Shown here: piece after piece, positions 1 through 7,740 of the stretch | Position numbering within the stretch: the stretch's first letter is position 1 | Layout of the letters: each line of letters begins with the position of its first letter | Assembly (NCBI GenBank): GCA_023511295.1 | Contig: JAIMBT010000019.1 | Location: 4,241-68,240, forward strand | Origin: Alicyclobacillus sp. | GTDB lineage: Bacteria > Bacillota > Bacilli > Alicyclobacillales > Alicyclobacillaceae | Length of the DNA: 64,000 nucleotides | Reading direction: 5' to 3' | Made by a program: the position numbers and the translations under genes | The notes under the pieces: model-generated | What the model saw: the letters and a program-made list of their open reading frames with translations, nothing else | Told to the model about the DNA's origin: nothing | Databases searched by the model: none

Positions 1-222
1 AACGATAGCGCCGCCGCGGCCGCGCGCCTGTACGAAGCCGTTCAGGCGGCGCGAGCGCGGCAGCAAGTGTGCTTGATGGACCTGCAGCGAGTGGAGTCAC
101 CAGCGGTGATGCGCGACGTCGGCGGGATTCTGACCGATCTCAACCGGATTCTGCGCGAAGTCAGCGGGGAAGCGCTGGTTCTGACCGGGAAGGAATTCAC
201 CCTCGGAGAGGAGGGACGCTGA
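1..222 (+). CDS. C-terminal fragment of an unidentified protein (gene starts upstream of the window)
   Basis: Frame 1 is open from base 1 to TGA 220-222 (73 codons, ending ...EALVLTGKEFTLGEEGR). It is absent from the ORF track because it has no start in the window. The stop abuts the 221-250 hairpin. No family recognised. Confidence 0.4.
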   Translation, partial: NDSAAAAARLYEAVQAARARQQVCLMDLQRVESPAVMRDVGGILTDLNRILREVSGEALVLTGKEFTLGEEGR

Positions 223-250
223 CGCGTGCGGAAGGCCTTCCGCACGCGTC
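221..250. terminator. Perfect 30-bp palindrome between convergent genes (probable bidirectional terminator hairpin)
   Basis: GACGCGTGCGGAAGG/CCTTCCGCACGCGTC lies exactly between the stop at 220-222 (+) and the stop of the permease at 249-251 (-). No clear U-tract. Confidence 0.55.
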
Positions 251-1850
251 AGCGGGCGCTCGCAGTCTCCCGGGCCCCAGCTTGCATCTCTTCGACGGCG
301 ACGGTGTGCTCCTTGGTGCGCAGTCCACTGCGGATACCCCAGCCGTAGAATGCGAGCGACGTCACAGCCACCACCACCATATCCCAGCCGTAGGGAATCA
401 CGTTCCGGCCGCCGAACGCCCGGCTGCCGAAAAGGGACAGCACAATCATCCAGACGAGGTAGGCGACGAGCCAGAGTCCCGACTTCCACTGCGCCGCGAA
501 GCCGCGCCACCGGCCCTTTGCCTGGTAGTACAGGTACAGCGGCAAGCCGACCAGCATGACGAAGATCACCTCGCCCGTAAGCGGCCAACGGGCCCAGTAG
601 AGGATGAGTGAGGCCATTACGAACGCCGCCGGCGCCAAGACGTTCATCCCTCGAATCCGCAGCGGTCTCGGCAGGTCGGGCGCGGTTTTGCGAAGCGCCA
701 TCGCAGCCACCGGACCGGTCACGTACGAGACGAGCGTCGCCACGGAAACCACCCCGGCCAATTGTCCCCAGCCCCGGAACATGAACAGAAAGAAGAAGCC
801 GAGCACAAGGTTGAGCCACATCGCGCGGCGCGGGATACCGAAGCGCGGGTGAATTCGGCCGAGCGCTGCCGGGAACCAGCCGTTTTCGGTCATACCGAAC
901 ACCATCCGTGCCGTGGACGCGGTGTACGTGATTCCGGTTCCGGACGGACTGACGAACGCGTCCGCAAACAGCACAATCGCCAACCAGTTGAGGCCGAGAG
1001 AGACAGCGAGATCAGCAAACGGCGAGTTGAGTGAGATGCCGGACCAACCGTGGGACAGCATGCCAGGTTGAACCGCGCCGATGAACCCAAACTGCAAGCC
1101 GAGGTAGATGATCCCGGAGATGAGAATGGACCCGACCACCGCAAAGGGGACGGATCGGTTCGGGTTCTTCGCCTCGCCGGCAAAGTTCACAGGACTCTGG
1201 AAGCCGTTGAAGGCGAACACCACGCCGGACGTCGCAATGGCCGTGAGGACACTGGACCATCCGTAGGGTGCAAAACCGCCCGCCCGATGAAAGTTGCCGG
1301 GATGGAAACCAGCCCAGATGAGCGCGATGGCGGTCGTCGCCGGAATCACCAACTTGAGCAGCGTGATGAGCGTGTTCACGCGCGCGAACAGTTGAATCGT
1401 CCAGTAGTTGATGAGGAAGTAAGCGACAACCAGCACTCCCGCCAAGGCCAGGCCGAGTGCGGTCAGGGAATCGCCGGTGTACAGCTGGTGCACCCAGGCT
1501 GGAACCCAGTGCCACGGCCACGAGCTCATGTACTGAATGGATGCTTCGGCTTCAATCGGGATTACCGATACGATGGCAATCCAGTTGGCCCACCCGGCGA
1601 TAAAGCCGGCGAGGGAGCCGTGGGAGTGTTGCGCGAAGCGTACCGCTCCGCCAGACTCCGGGAACGTAGCGCCGAGTTCGGCGTACACGAGCGCGATGAG
1701 GATGATGGCCGCCATGCCAATGACCCACGCCAGCAGCGCAGCGGGACCACTCACCTTGGCAGCCTTCCACGCGCCGAACAGCCAGCCGGACCCGATGATG
1801 GAGCCGACGCCCGTCATGGTGAGAGCCAGTGTTCCGAGTTTCTTCTGCAT
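249..1850 (-). CDS. Amino acid permease (APC superfamily)
   Basis: Track ORF 249..1940 trimmed to ATG 1848-1850. N-terminus MQKKLGTLALTMTGVGSIIGSGWLFG is typical of APC transporters. The protein is hydrophobic and multi-TM throughout. Confidence 0.9.
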   Translation of the reverse strand: MQKKLGTLALTMTGVGSIIGSGWLFGAWKAAKVSGPAALLAWVIGMAAIILIALVYAELGATFPESGGAVRFAQHSHGSLAGFIAGWANWIAIVSVIPIEAEASIQYMSSWPWHWVPAWVHQLYTGDSLTALGLALAGVLVVAYFLINYWTIQLFARVNTLITLLKLVIPATTAIALIWAGFHPGNFHRAGGFAPYGWSSVLTAIATSGVVFAFNGFQSPVNFAGEAKNPNRSVPFAVVGSILISGIIYLGLQFGFIGAVQPGMLSHGWSGISLNSPFADLAVSLGLNWLAIVLFADAFVSPSGTGITYTASTARMVFGMTENGWFPAALGRIHPRFGIPRRAMWLNLVLGFFFLFMFRGWGQLAGVVSVATLVSYVTGPVAAMALRKTAPDLPRPLRIRGMNVLAPAAFVMASLILYWARWPLTGEVIFVMLVGLPLYLYYQAKGRWRGFAAQWKSGLWLVAYLVWMIVLSLFGSRAFGGRNVIPYGWDMVVVAVTSLAFYGWGIRSGLRTKEHTVAVEEMQAGARETASAR

Positions 1851-2114
1851 GTGACGGATTCGCCTCCCATCGCATCGACAACGGCGCCGATGGCGCCCGA
1901 TGTGTCTGAATGTGATCTTTCCATAATGCGGGATGCACAAATTTGTATGAAATGTTTCATGCTAGGTTAGTATAATCCGCGGCGGGTGGCTCAAGCTAGT
2001 ATCAACGATTGCCAGTGCGCTGCGGGTCGTTCCCATCCGTCTACCCACCGAAGCGGCTAAATAGATAAAATGTTATGTAGATTCTGCAGATGCGTAGACC
2101 CACTCTCCGCAGCT

Positions 2115-2123
2115 TGCTATAAT
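2115..2123 (+). promoter_or_regulatory. Extended -10 element TGCTATAAT, candidate promoter for the RidA/PCD/AbgB-like genes
   Basis: Exact TGnTATAAT match about 130 nt upstream of ATG 2254. No good -35. Confidence 0.35.
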
Positions 2124-2253
2124 TTTCTGCGTACGTCCCCCGTCTCTGCTTGTGGACGCTTCTCGCCACGATGGTCTGTGCCTGCGCGACGGGGGACTTC
2201 TCGGTTCGCTGCACGCGAGACGACTTGTGACACCGTTTACCTTTCGAGGAGGG

Positions 2254-2652
2254 ATGGCGTTGAAACGCAGGATTGCGACCGACCGGGCGCCGCAGCCTGC
2301 CGGTCCGTATTCGCAGGGAATTCAGGTCGGCAATCGGATTTACGTCGCTGGACAGCGACCGGCTGACCCGGTCACCGGCCGGATTGTCGGGGACACGGTC
2401 GAAGAACAGACGCGCCAAGTGCTGTTGAACATTCAGGCCGTGTTGGAGGCGGCGGGAGCCCGTTTGGACGATGTCGTGAAGAGCACGGTGCACCTCGCTG
2501 ATCTCGGCGACTTCGACGCGTTCAACCGCGTCTACGAGACCTTCTTCACGGAGCCGTATCCAGTGCGCACAACCGTCCAGAGTGTGCTGCGCGGCATTAA
2601 GGTCGAGATGGACGTGATTGCAGAAGTCGATGGGCCGGCGGATGGAGCGTGA
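2254..2652 (+). CDS. ridA: RidA/YjgF/UK114-family reactive intermediate deaminase
   Basis: Track ORF trimmed to ATG 2254, preceded by GAGGAGGG. Sequence MALKRRIATDRAPQPAGPYSQGIQVGNRIYVAGQ...VKSTVHLADL...RTTVQ is characteristic of the family. Confidence 0.9.
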   Translation: MALKRRIATDRAPQPAGPYSQGIQVGNRIYVAGQRPADPVTGRIVGDTVEEQTRQVLLNIQAVLEAAGARLDDVVKSTVHLADLGDFDAFNRVYETFFTEPYPVRTTVQSVLRGIKVEMDVIAEVDGPADGA

Positions 2653-2957
2653 CCGGGGTGAGTGAACGCCTCACGGAGGAACAGGTCGCAGAGGCGCTGA
2701 CGCGGTTGCCGAATTGGAAGTTGGAGGGTAAGCAGATCTATCGACGCTACGCCTTTCCTTCGTTCCCTGCGGCGATAGCGTTTGTCAACCAGGTTGCGCA
2801 ACTTGCAGAATCGTGGAACCATCACCCGTTTATCCAGATTGACTTCAAGTACGTGGTGCTCCGGCTCACCTCCTGGCATGCCGGAGGTCTCACCATGAAG
2901 GATTTCGACGAGGCGCAGGCGTTCGACGCGGTGTACGACGAAACCTGGCCGTCATAG
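2649..2957 (+). CDS. Pterin-4a-carbinolamine dehydratase (PCD/DCoH family)
   Basis: 102 aa. GTG 2649 overlaps the RidA stop (GTGA). The motif ...FVNQVAQLAESWNHHPFIQIDFKYVVLRLTSW... is typical of PCD. Confidence 0.85.
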   Translation: MTGVSERLTEEQVAEALTRLPNWKLEGKQIYRRYAFPSFPAAIAFVNQVAQLAESWNHHPFIQIDFKYVVLRLTSWHAGGLTMKDFDEAQAFDAVYDETWPS

Positions 2958-3029
2958 GGCCCGGGGTGTTTGTCGTGCAGGTTCCGTCTGAGGTGTCAAA
3001 CCATCCCGTCAGCGGGGGAGGAACGGCTC

Positions 3030-4463
3030 GTGGAGCATGCGATGAAGATGTCGGACACAGATTATCGGCTGGAATTGGCGGCGTTGATTGAGAGTCGGCG
3101 GGAGACGTTTACCGACCTGAGTGATCACATCTGGGATTTGGCGGAGACGCGGTTTGAGGAGTTCCAATCCGCGGAATTGCTGTGTCAGGCGCTGGAGGCC
3201 GAAGGGTTCCACGTCGAGCGCGGTGTCGGCGGGATGGAAACCGCGTTCATCGGGCAATATGGCAGCGGTTCGCCGGTCATCGCCATCCTCGGCGAGTTTG
3301 ACGCACTGAGTGGATTGAGTCAGAAACCGGGTGTCACGGCGAAAGATCCGCTGGAGCCCGGCGGCAACGGTCACGGTTGCGGGCACAACCTGCTGGGAAC
3401 GGGCGCTCTCGCCGCCGCGGTGGCCGTGCGCCGGTATATGGAAGCGCACGAATTGCCCGGCACCGTTCGGTACTACGGCTGCCCGGGCGAAGAAGGCGGG
3501 TCCGGCAAGGCGTTCATGGCGCGCGCAGGGCTGTTCGACGACATCGACGTCTGTTTCACGTGGCACCCCGCGTGGGTGAACGGGATTATGGAAGCCAGTT
3601 CACTCGCCAACTACCAGGTCTACTTCAAATTTCACGGGGTCAGCTCACACGCGGCTGGCTCGCCGCATCTTGGGCGCAGCGCCCTCGACGCGGTGGAGTT
3701 GATGAACGTTGGCGTCAATTACCTGCGCGAACACGTCATCCCGGAGGCGCGGATGCACTACGCGGTGACCAACAGCGGCGGGCGTTCGCCGAACGTGGTG
3801 CAGTCGGAGGCCGAAGTGCTGTACCTACTGCGGGCGCCAAAGGTTTCACAGGTCGAAGAGATCTACCAGCGGGTGTGCGACATCGCCCGCGGTGCGGCGC
3901 TGATGACAGGCACGCAGGTTGACATCGTCTTCGACAAGGCGTGTTCAAACCTTGTCCCGAACCGAACGCTGGAGCAGGTGATGCACCGCCATTTCACAGC
4001 GCTCGGCCTGCCCGAGTACACGCCGGAGGAGGAGGCGTTTGCGCAAGGACTGGTCGACAGCCTATCGGAACAGGAGCGCAGGGTGATCTCCGCCGTTGCG
4101 CCGGATCTGATGGGCAAGGGCATCGCAGACGGAATCCGCCCGCTGGACGGACCGCCCCGTGGCGGGAAGGGGTCCACCGACGTTGGCGACGTGAGCTGGA
4201 TTGCACCCACCGCGCAGTGCCAGACGGCAACCTGGGCCGTCGGCACGCCCGGCCACTCGTGGCAGGTGGTGACCATCGGCAAGACGTCCATCGCGCACAA
4301 GGGCATGCTCCAGGCCGCCAAGGTGATTGCGGCGTCTGCCGTTGAGGTGCTGACCAACCCGGAGATTGTCGAGACCGCCAAGGCCGAGTTGCGGGAACGG
4401 CTGAACGGTGCATCGTACGTCTGTCCCATTCCGCCGGACGTTCAACCTTCCGCGGTGAAGTGA
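3030..4463 (+). CDS. abgB: M20-family amidohydrolase, AbgB-like (p-aminobenzoyl-glutamate hydrolase subunit B family)
   Basis: Strong resemblance along the length to E. coli AbgB as I recall it (IWDLAETRFEEF, GEFDALSGLSQ, GHGCGHNLLGT, YGCPGEEGGSGK, STDVGDVSW). Start set at GTG 3030, 7 nt after GGGGGAGGA. ATG 3042 is the alternative. Confidence 0.85.
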   Translation: MEHAMKMSDTDYRLELAALIESRRETFTDLSDHIWDLAETRFEEFQSAELLCQALEAEGFHVERGVGGMETAFIGQYGSGSPVIAILGEFDALSGLSQKPGVTAKDPLEPGGNGHGCGHNLLGTGALAAAVAVRRYMEAHELPGTVRYYGCPGEEGGSGKAFMARAGLFDDIDVCFTWHPAWVNGIMEASSLANYQVYFKFHGVSSHAAGSPHLGRSALDAVELMNVGVNYLREHVIPEARMHYAVTNSGGRSPNVVQSEAEVLYLLRAPKVSQVEEIYQRVCDIARGAALMTGTQVDIVFDKACSNLVPNRTLEQVMHRHFTALGLPEYTPEEEAFAQGLVDSLSEQERRVISAVAPDLMGKGIADGIRPLDGPPRGGKGSTDVGDVSWIAPTAQCQTATWAVGTPGHSWQVVTIGKTSIAHKGMLQAAKVIAASAVEVLTNPEIVETAKAELRERLNGASYVCPIPPDVQPSAVK

Positions 4464-4471
4464 CCCGGAGC

Positions 4472-4698
4472 ATCGTCCACGCAGGCTGTCCACAGGGTTA
4501 TCCACCGAGTTGCCCACAGCAAGTTGTGGACAACTCGGGGAACGCCTGGTTGCTGTGAGATTCCTGCTTTTCGAAGCGATGTCGGCGGGACTCGGCTGTG
4601 TACAAATTGGGGATAAACACCCGGGTTATCCACAGAATCCGCCGGTTCTGCACAACCTGTGCACACGGTTTCCACAGGTTTTGCACCGATTGTGCAGA
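4472..4698. promoter_or_regulatory. Cluster of about 11 DnaA-box-like 9-mers, including one perfect TTATCCACA and a 5-unit array with 11-bp period
   Basis: Boxes read directly from the sequence (coordinates in the findings). They fill the 258-bp intergenic gap between 4463 and 4722. Confidence 0.55.
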
Positions 4699-4721
4699 AG
4701 GTCCTTGGGGAGGCGCGAACC

Positions 4722-5354
4722 GTGCAACGGTCGTTGTTTCGGGAATTTGCAACGTTTCCGGACATCCTGGTGATGACCGGACTGTCTGTCTGCGGTTGGG
4801 TGTTCACGTTTTGGCACGCGCCGGATGGACGGGTCTGGGTCGGGCTGGTGGCGGGGATGGCCGCGTACGCTGTGATGGAGTACGTGACGCACCGGTTTCT
4901 CTTTCATCGGAAACCGCCGAAGCGTGCGTGGCTCCAGCGGTTTCTGAAGCGGATTCACTACGACCACCACGTGGACCCAAGCAATCTGAAACTGCTGTTC
5001 TTGCCGGTGTGGTACAGCCTTCCCAACATCGCGGCGGCCTCCGCCATCTGTGCACTCGTCACGAGGAGTGGCGTAGCCACAGGTGGGTTCGTGACCGGGA
5101 TTTGCACGTTTTTGCTCTACTACGAGTGGACGCACTATCGAGCTCACCGACCCATCCGTCCCATTACGCCGTGGGGACGCTGGATGAAAAAAGTGCATCT
5201 TTGGCACCACTTCAAGAATGAGAACTACTGGTTCGGCGTCACCCACCCCGGGATGGACGTTCTGCTGGGGACGTGGGCAGACGAGCGCAGCGTGCCGCGC
5301 AGTCAAACCGCAAGAGACCTGGAGCATCGCATGCCCACGGACGTGGATGCATGA
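4722..5354 (+). CDS. Fatty acid hydroxylase / sterol desaturase superfamily membrane di-iron protein
   Basis: Histidine boxes HRFLFH, HYDHH and HLWHH with hydrophobic segments. Start set at GTG 4722, 8 nt after GGGGAGG. The track ORF begins at 4659. Confidence 0.75.
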   Translation: MQRSLFREFATFPDILVMTGLSVCGWVFTFWHAPDGRVWVGLVAGMAAYAVMEYVTHRFLFHRKPPKRAWLQRFLKRIHYDHHVDPSNLKLLFLPVWYSLPNIAAASAICALVTRSGVATGGFVTGICTFLLYYEWTHYRAHRPIRPITPWGRWMKKVHLWHHFKNENYWFGVTHPGMDVLLGTWADERSVPRSQTARDLEHRMPTDVDA

Positions 5355-5462
5355 GGGTGGCTCGCAGGGTGGTCGGCCCCGTGCCGGTGGGTGGCCTTTT
5401 CGGAAAGGCGATCTCGTGGGGCAGAGTGAGAGCAAGATTGGGCAAAGGGAAGAGGGGGCCAT

Positions 5463-7046
5463 ATGAGCGTGTCATTCCAAGGCGGCCGGTCGGCGGATGG
5501 GCAGGGACCCGACGCCGCGGTCGCGGGGGGTGCGGACATCAGCGAGGCGGCGGTTGCACAGGTCTACGAGCGAGCTCGAACATCCGCCGCGATATGGGCG
5601 CGCACGCCGCTGCCCGCACGAATCGCCTGCCTGCGTCGCCTGCGCGAGCGGGTTGTAGACCTGCGAGATGAGATTGCGGATGTCCTCCACGCCGATACCG
5701 GAAAGCCACACGTCGAGGCGCTTGCCACCGAGGTGTTGGTGGTTCTGGAGTCGCTGCAGAGTGTCGAGCGACACGCGGCAAAGTGGCTGAAAACGCAGCG
5801 CGTGCCGACACCCGTCTCGCTGTTCGGCAAACGGTCCTACGTGTCGTACAAACCTCGCGGCACCGTCCTCGTGATTGCACCGTGGAACTTCCCCTTCCAA
5901 CTTTCGATGATCCCGGTGGTGGAGGCGCTGGCTGCCGGAAACAGCGTTATCCTCAAGCCTTCCGAAGTGGCTCCTCAGGTGGCGTCGACGATGGCGGCTC
6001 TGTTTCGCGATGTCCTCCCAGATGTGCACCTGGTGCAGGTGGTGACGGGGGGACCTGAGACCGGCGCTCGACTGGTGGCGGCTGGGCCGGACTTCATCCA
6101 CTTCACAGGGTCTGTCCGCGGGGGGAAGGCCGTTCAGCGGGCGGCGGCGGAGCAGTTGATTCCAACGAACCTGGAACTCGGGGGCAAGGACCCGATGCTG
6201 GTGTTCGCGGACGCTCCGCTGGAGCGGGCCGTGCATGGTGCGCTGTGGGGCGGACTCTGCAACTGCGGCCAGGTCTGCATGTCGGTCGAAAGGCTGTACG
6301 TGGAACGCCCCATCTATGCGTCGTTCGTCAACGCTCTCGTCCGGGAAGCGGCGCGCCTGCGCGGACCACACCTGGATGGAAACGGCGCGGACGGACGAGC
6401 CCTCGCCCCCGACGAAGTCGACATCGGCCCGCTGACCACCGTGGCGCAGTGGCAGACGGTTCGTCGCCACGTGTCACAGGCGTTGTCAGCCGGCGCGAAG
6501 TTACGGCTTGGCAACCCGCCTGAGCTGTGGGATGTGCGGCAGCGGACGGTCGTGCCCATGATTGTGACCGACGTCCCAGCGGATGTCGATCTGATGCAGG
6601 AGGAAACCTTCGGACCGGTCCTACCGGTGGTCCCTTTCGACTCAGAAGAGGAGGCGGTGCGCCTCGCCAACGGGTCTCGTTTTGGCCTCAGCGCGAGCGT
6701 CTGGACGTCGGACCTGGAACGCGGTCGGCGGGTGGCCGAACAGCTGCAGGCAGGGAGTGTATGCATCAACGACGTCATGCTGGCGATTGCGAACCCGAAC
6801 CTGCCATTTGGCGGGGTGAAGGAAGGGGGCATCGGCCGCTATCACGGCGCCGAAGGGCTGCGAGCGTTCTCGATTCAGACATCTGTCGTCCAGTCTTCTC
6901 CGAGCAATCGCCGCGAGGTGAACTGGTTCCCCTACGCGGGAAAGCGTCCCGTGCTATCTGCCCTCATCCGTGACGGTTACGGGCGACGCCGCAACTGGGC
7001 AGGCTTCGTGAAAGCGTACCTGGCCTTGCTTCGGTTGTCCAGGTAG
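5463..7046 (+). CDS. Aldehyde dehydrogenase family protein
   Basis: 527 aa. Motifs VIAPWNFPF, ELGGKDP and catalytic-Cys region CNCGQVCMSVERLYV. ATG is preceded by AGAGGGGG. Confidence 0.9.
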   Translation: MSVSFQGGRSADGQGPDAAVAGGADISEAAVAQVYERARTSAAIWARTPLPARIACLRRLRERVVDLRDEIADVLHADTGKPHVEALATEVLVVLESLQSVERHAAKWLKTQRVPTPVSLFGKRSYVSYKPRGTVLVIAPWNFPFQLSMIPVVEALAAGNSVILKPSEVAPQVASTMAALFRDVLPDVHLVQVVTGGPETGARLVAAGPDFIHFTGSVRGGKAVQRAAAEQLIPTNLELGGKDPMLVFADAPLERAVHGALWGGLCNCGQVCMSVERLYVERPIYASFVNALVREAARLRGPHLDGNGADGRALAPDEVDIGPLTTVAQWQTVRRHVSQALSAGAKLRLGNPPELWDVRQRTVVPMIVTDVPADVDLMQEETFGPVLPVVPFDSEEEAVRLANGSRFGLSASVWTSDLERGRRVAEQLQAGSVCINDVMLAIANPNLPFGGVKEGGIGRYHGAEGLRAFSIQTSVVQSSPSNRREVNWFPYAGKRPVLSALIRDGYGRRRNWAGFVKAYLALLRLSR

Positions 7047-7062
7047 TTGGTGAGCGCTCCTG

Positions 7063-7740
7063 TCAGGGCTGGCCCGCCCCGTCCGGCCAGATGAGGACGT
7101 ACACTGCGGCTGGCCCGTGCACGCCGATGGTCTGGTCGTTTTCGATGTCCGACGAACGGCTGGGTCCGGTGATGAAGTGGATGGAAGCGGGCAGTACCGG
7201 TTTCCGCTGGGCGAGTTCCTCCAAGACTTCTCCCATCCGATGGCGGAGCTGAGACGTGCGCAGGAGGACGACGTGCACTGGGGGCAGGACCGCGACCGAG
7301 CGGCCGCGCTCAGGGCTGCTCTCCATCACGATGGTCCCGGTGCCCGCGACAGCGAAGGCACAGCCTGTGATGGCCACATCCACGTGCGCGAACGCGTCGG
7401 TCCCGCCGTCGCCCCAGCGGATCCACTCGTACGGCGCCAGCACGCTGTTCAATCCCATCTCCTGGACGAAGTTGCCGCCCCAAGTGCCGATGCGGCGCGG
7501 CTGCCACTGGGCGAGCAGGTCGTGCAACTTCGTCCGTAGGTCTGCAAGCGAGCTGCAGGACACGGCCATGCCGCCGACCTGTTCCAGTTCACGGGCGAAC
7601 CGCTCCGCTGGCGCGTAGGCGTGCGCGGCAGGATTGCGCCAGAAATCTGGCGCACCGATCTCCATTCTGTGCGGCGGTACCGTCGGCTGCGGGCGACCAA
7701 GGCGCTCGGAGATACGGCGCAGGAAGTCCGCCTCACGCAT
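7063..7740 (-). CDS. lutC: Lactate utilization protein C (LUD/YkgG family)
   Basis: Track ORF trimmed to ATG 7738-7740 (MREADFLRRISERLGR...). It overlaps the lutB stop by 8 nt. LutC-like length and sequence, last gene of the lutABC order. Confidence 0.85.
   Translation of the reverse strand: MREADFLRRISERLGRPQPTVPPHRMEIGAPDFWRNPAAHAYAPAERFARELEQVGGMAVSCSSLADLRTKLHDLLAQWQPRRIGTWGGNFVQEMGLNSVLAPYEWIRWGDGGTDAFAHVDVAITGCAFAVAGTGTIVMESSPERGRSVAVLPPVHVVLLRTSQLRHRMGEVLEELAQRKPVLPASIHFITGPSRSSDIENDQTIGVHGPAAVYVLIWPDGAGQP

Noticed and set aside
1851-2253. Riboswitch or structured RNA in the 403-nt gap between the APC permease and ridA. The flanking segments CCGCGGCGGGTGG (1977-1989) and CCCACCGAAGCGG (2043-2055) can pair, and a TATAAT lies at 1971-1976.
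   Set aside because: I could not match it to lysine, glycine, guanidine (ykkC), T-box or other classes I know. The helices are short and could be chance in GC-rich DNA. It needs a covariance-model search before any claim.
4472-4698. Chromosomal replication origin (oriC), given the DnaA-box density.
   Set aside because: No dnaA, dnaN, rpmH or gidA-type neighbours. No AT-rich unwinding element or DnaA-trio-like (3'-GAT-5')n run is visible. The surrounding DNA is GC-rich metabolic genes. A non-origin DnaA-box cluster or another regulator's site is more plausible.
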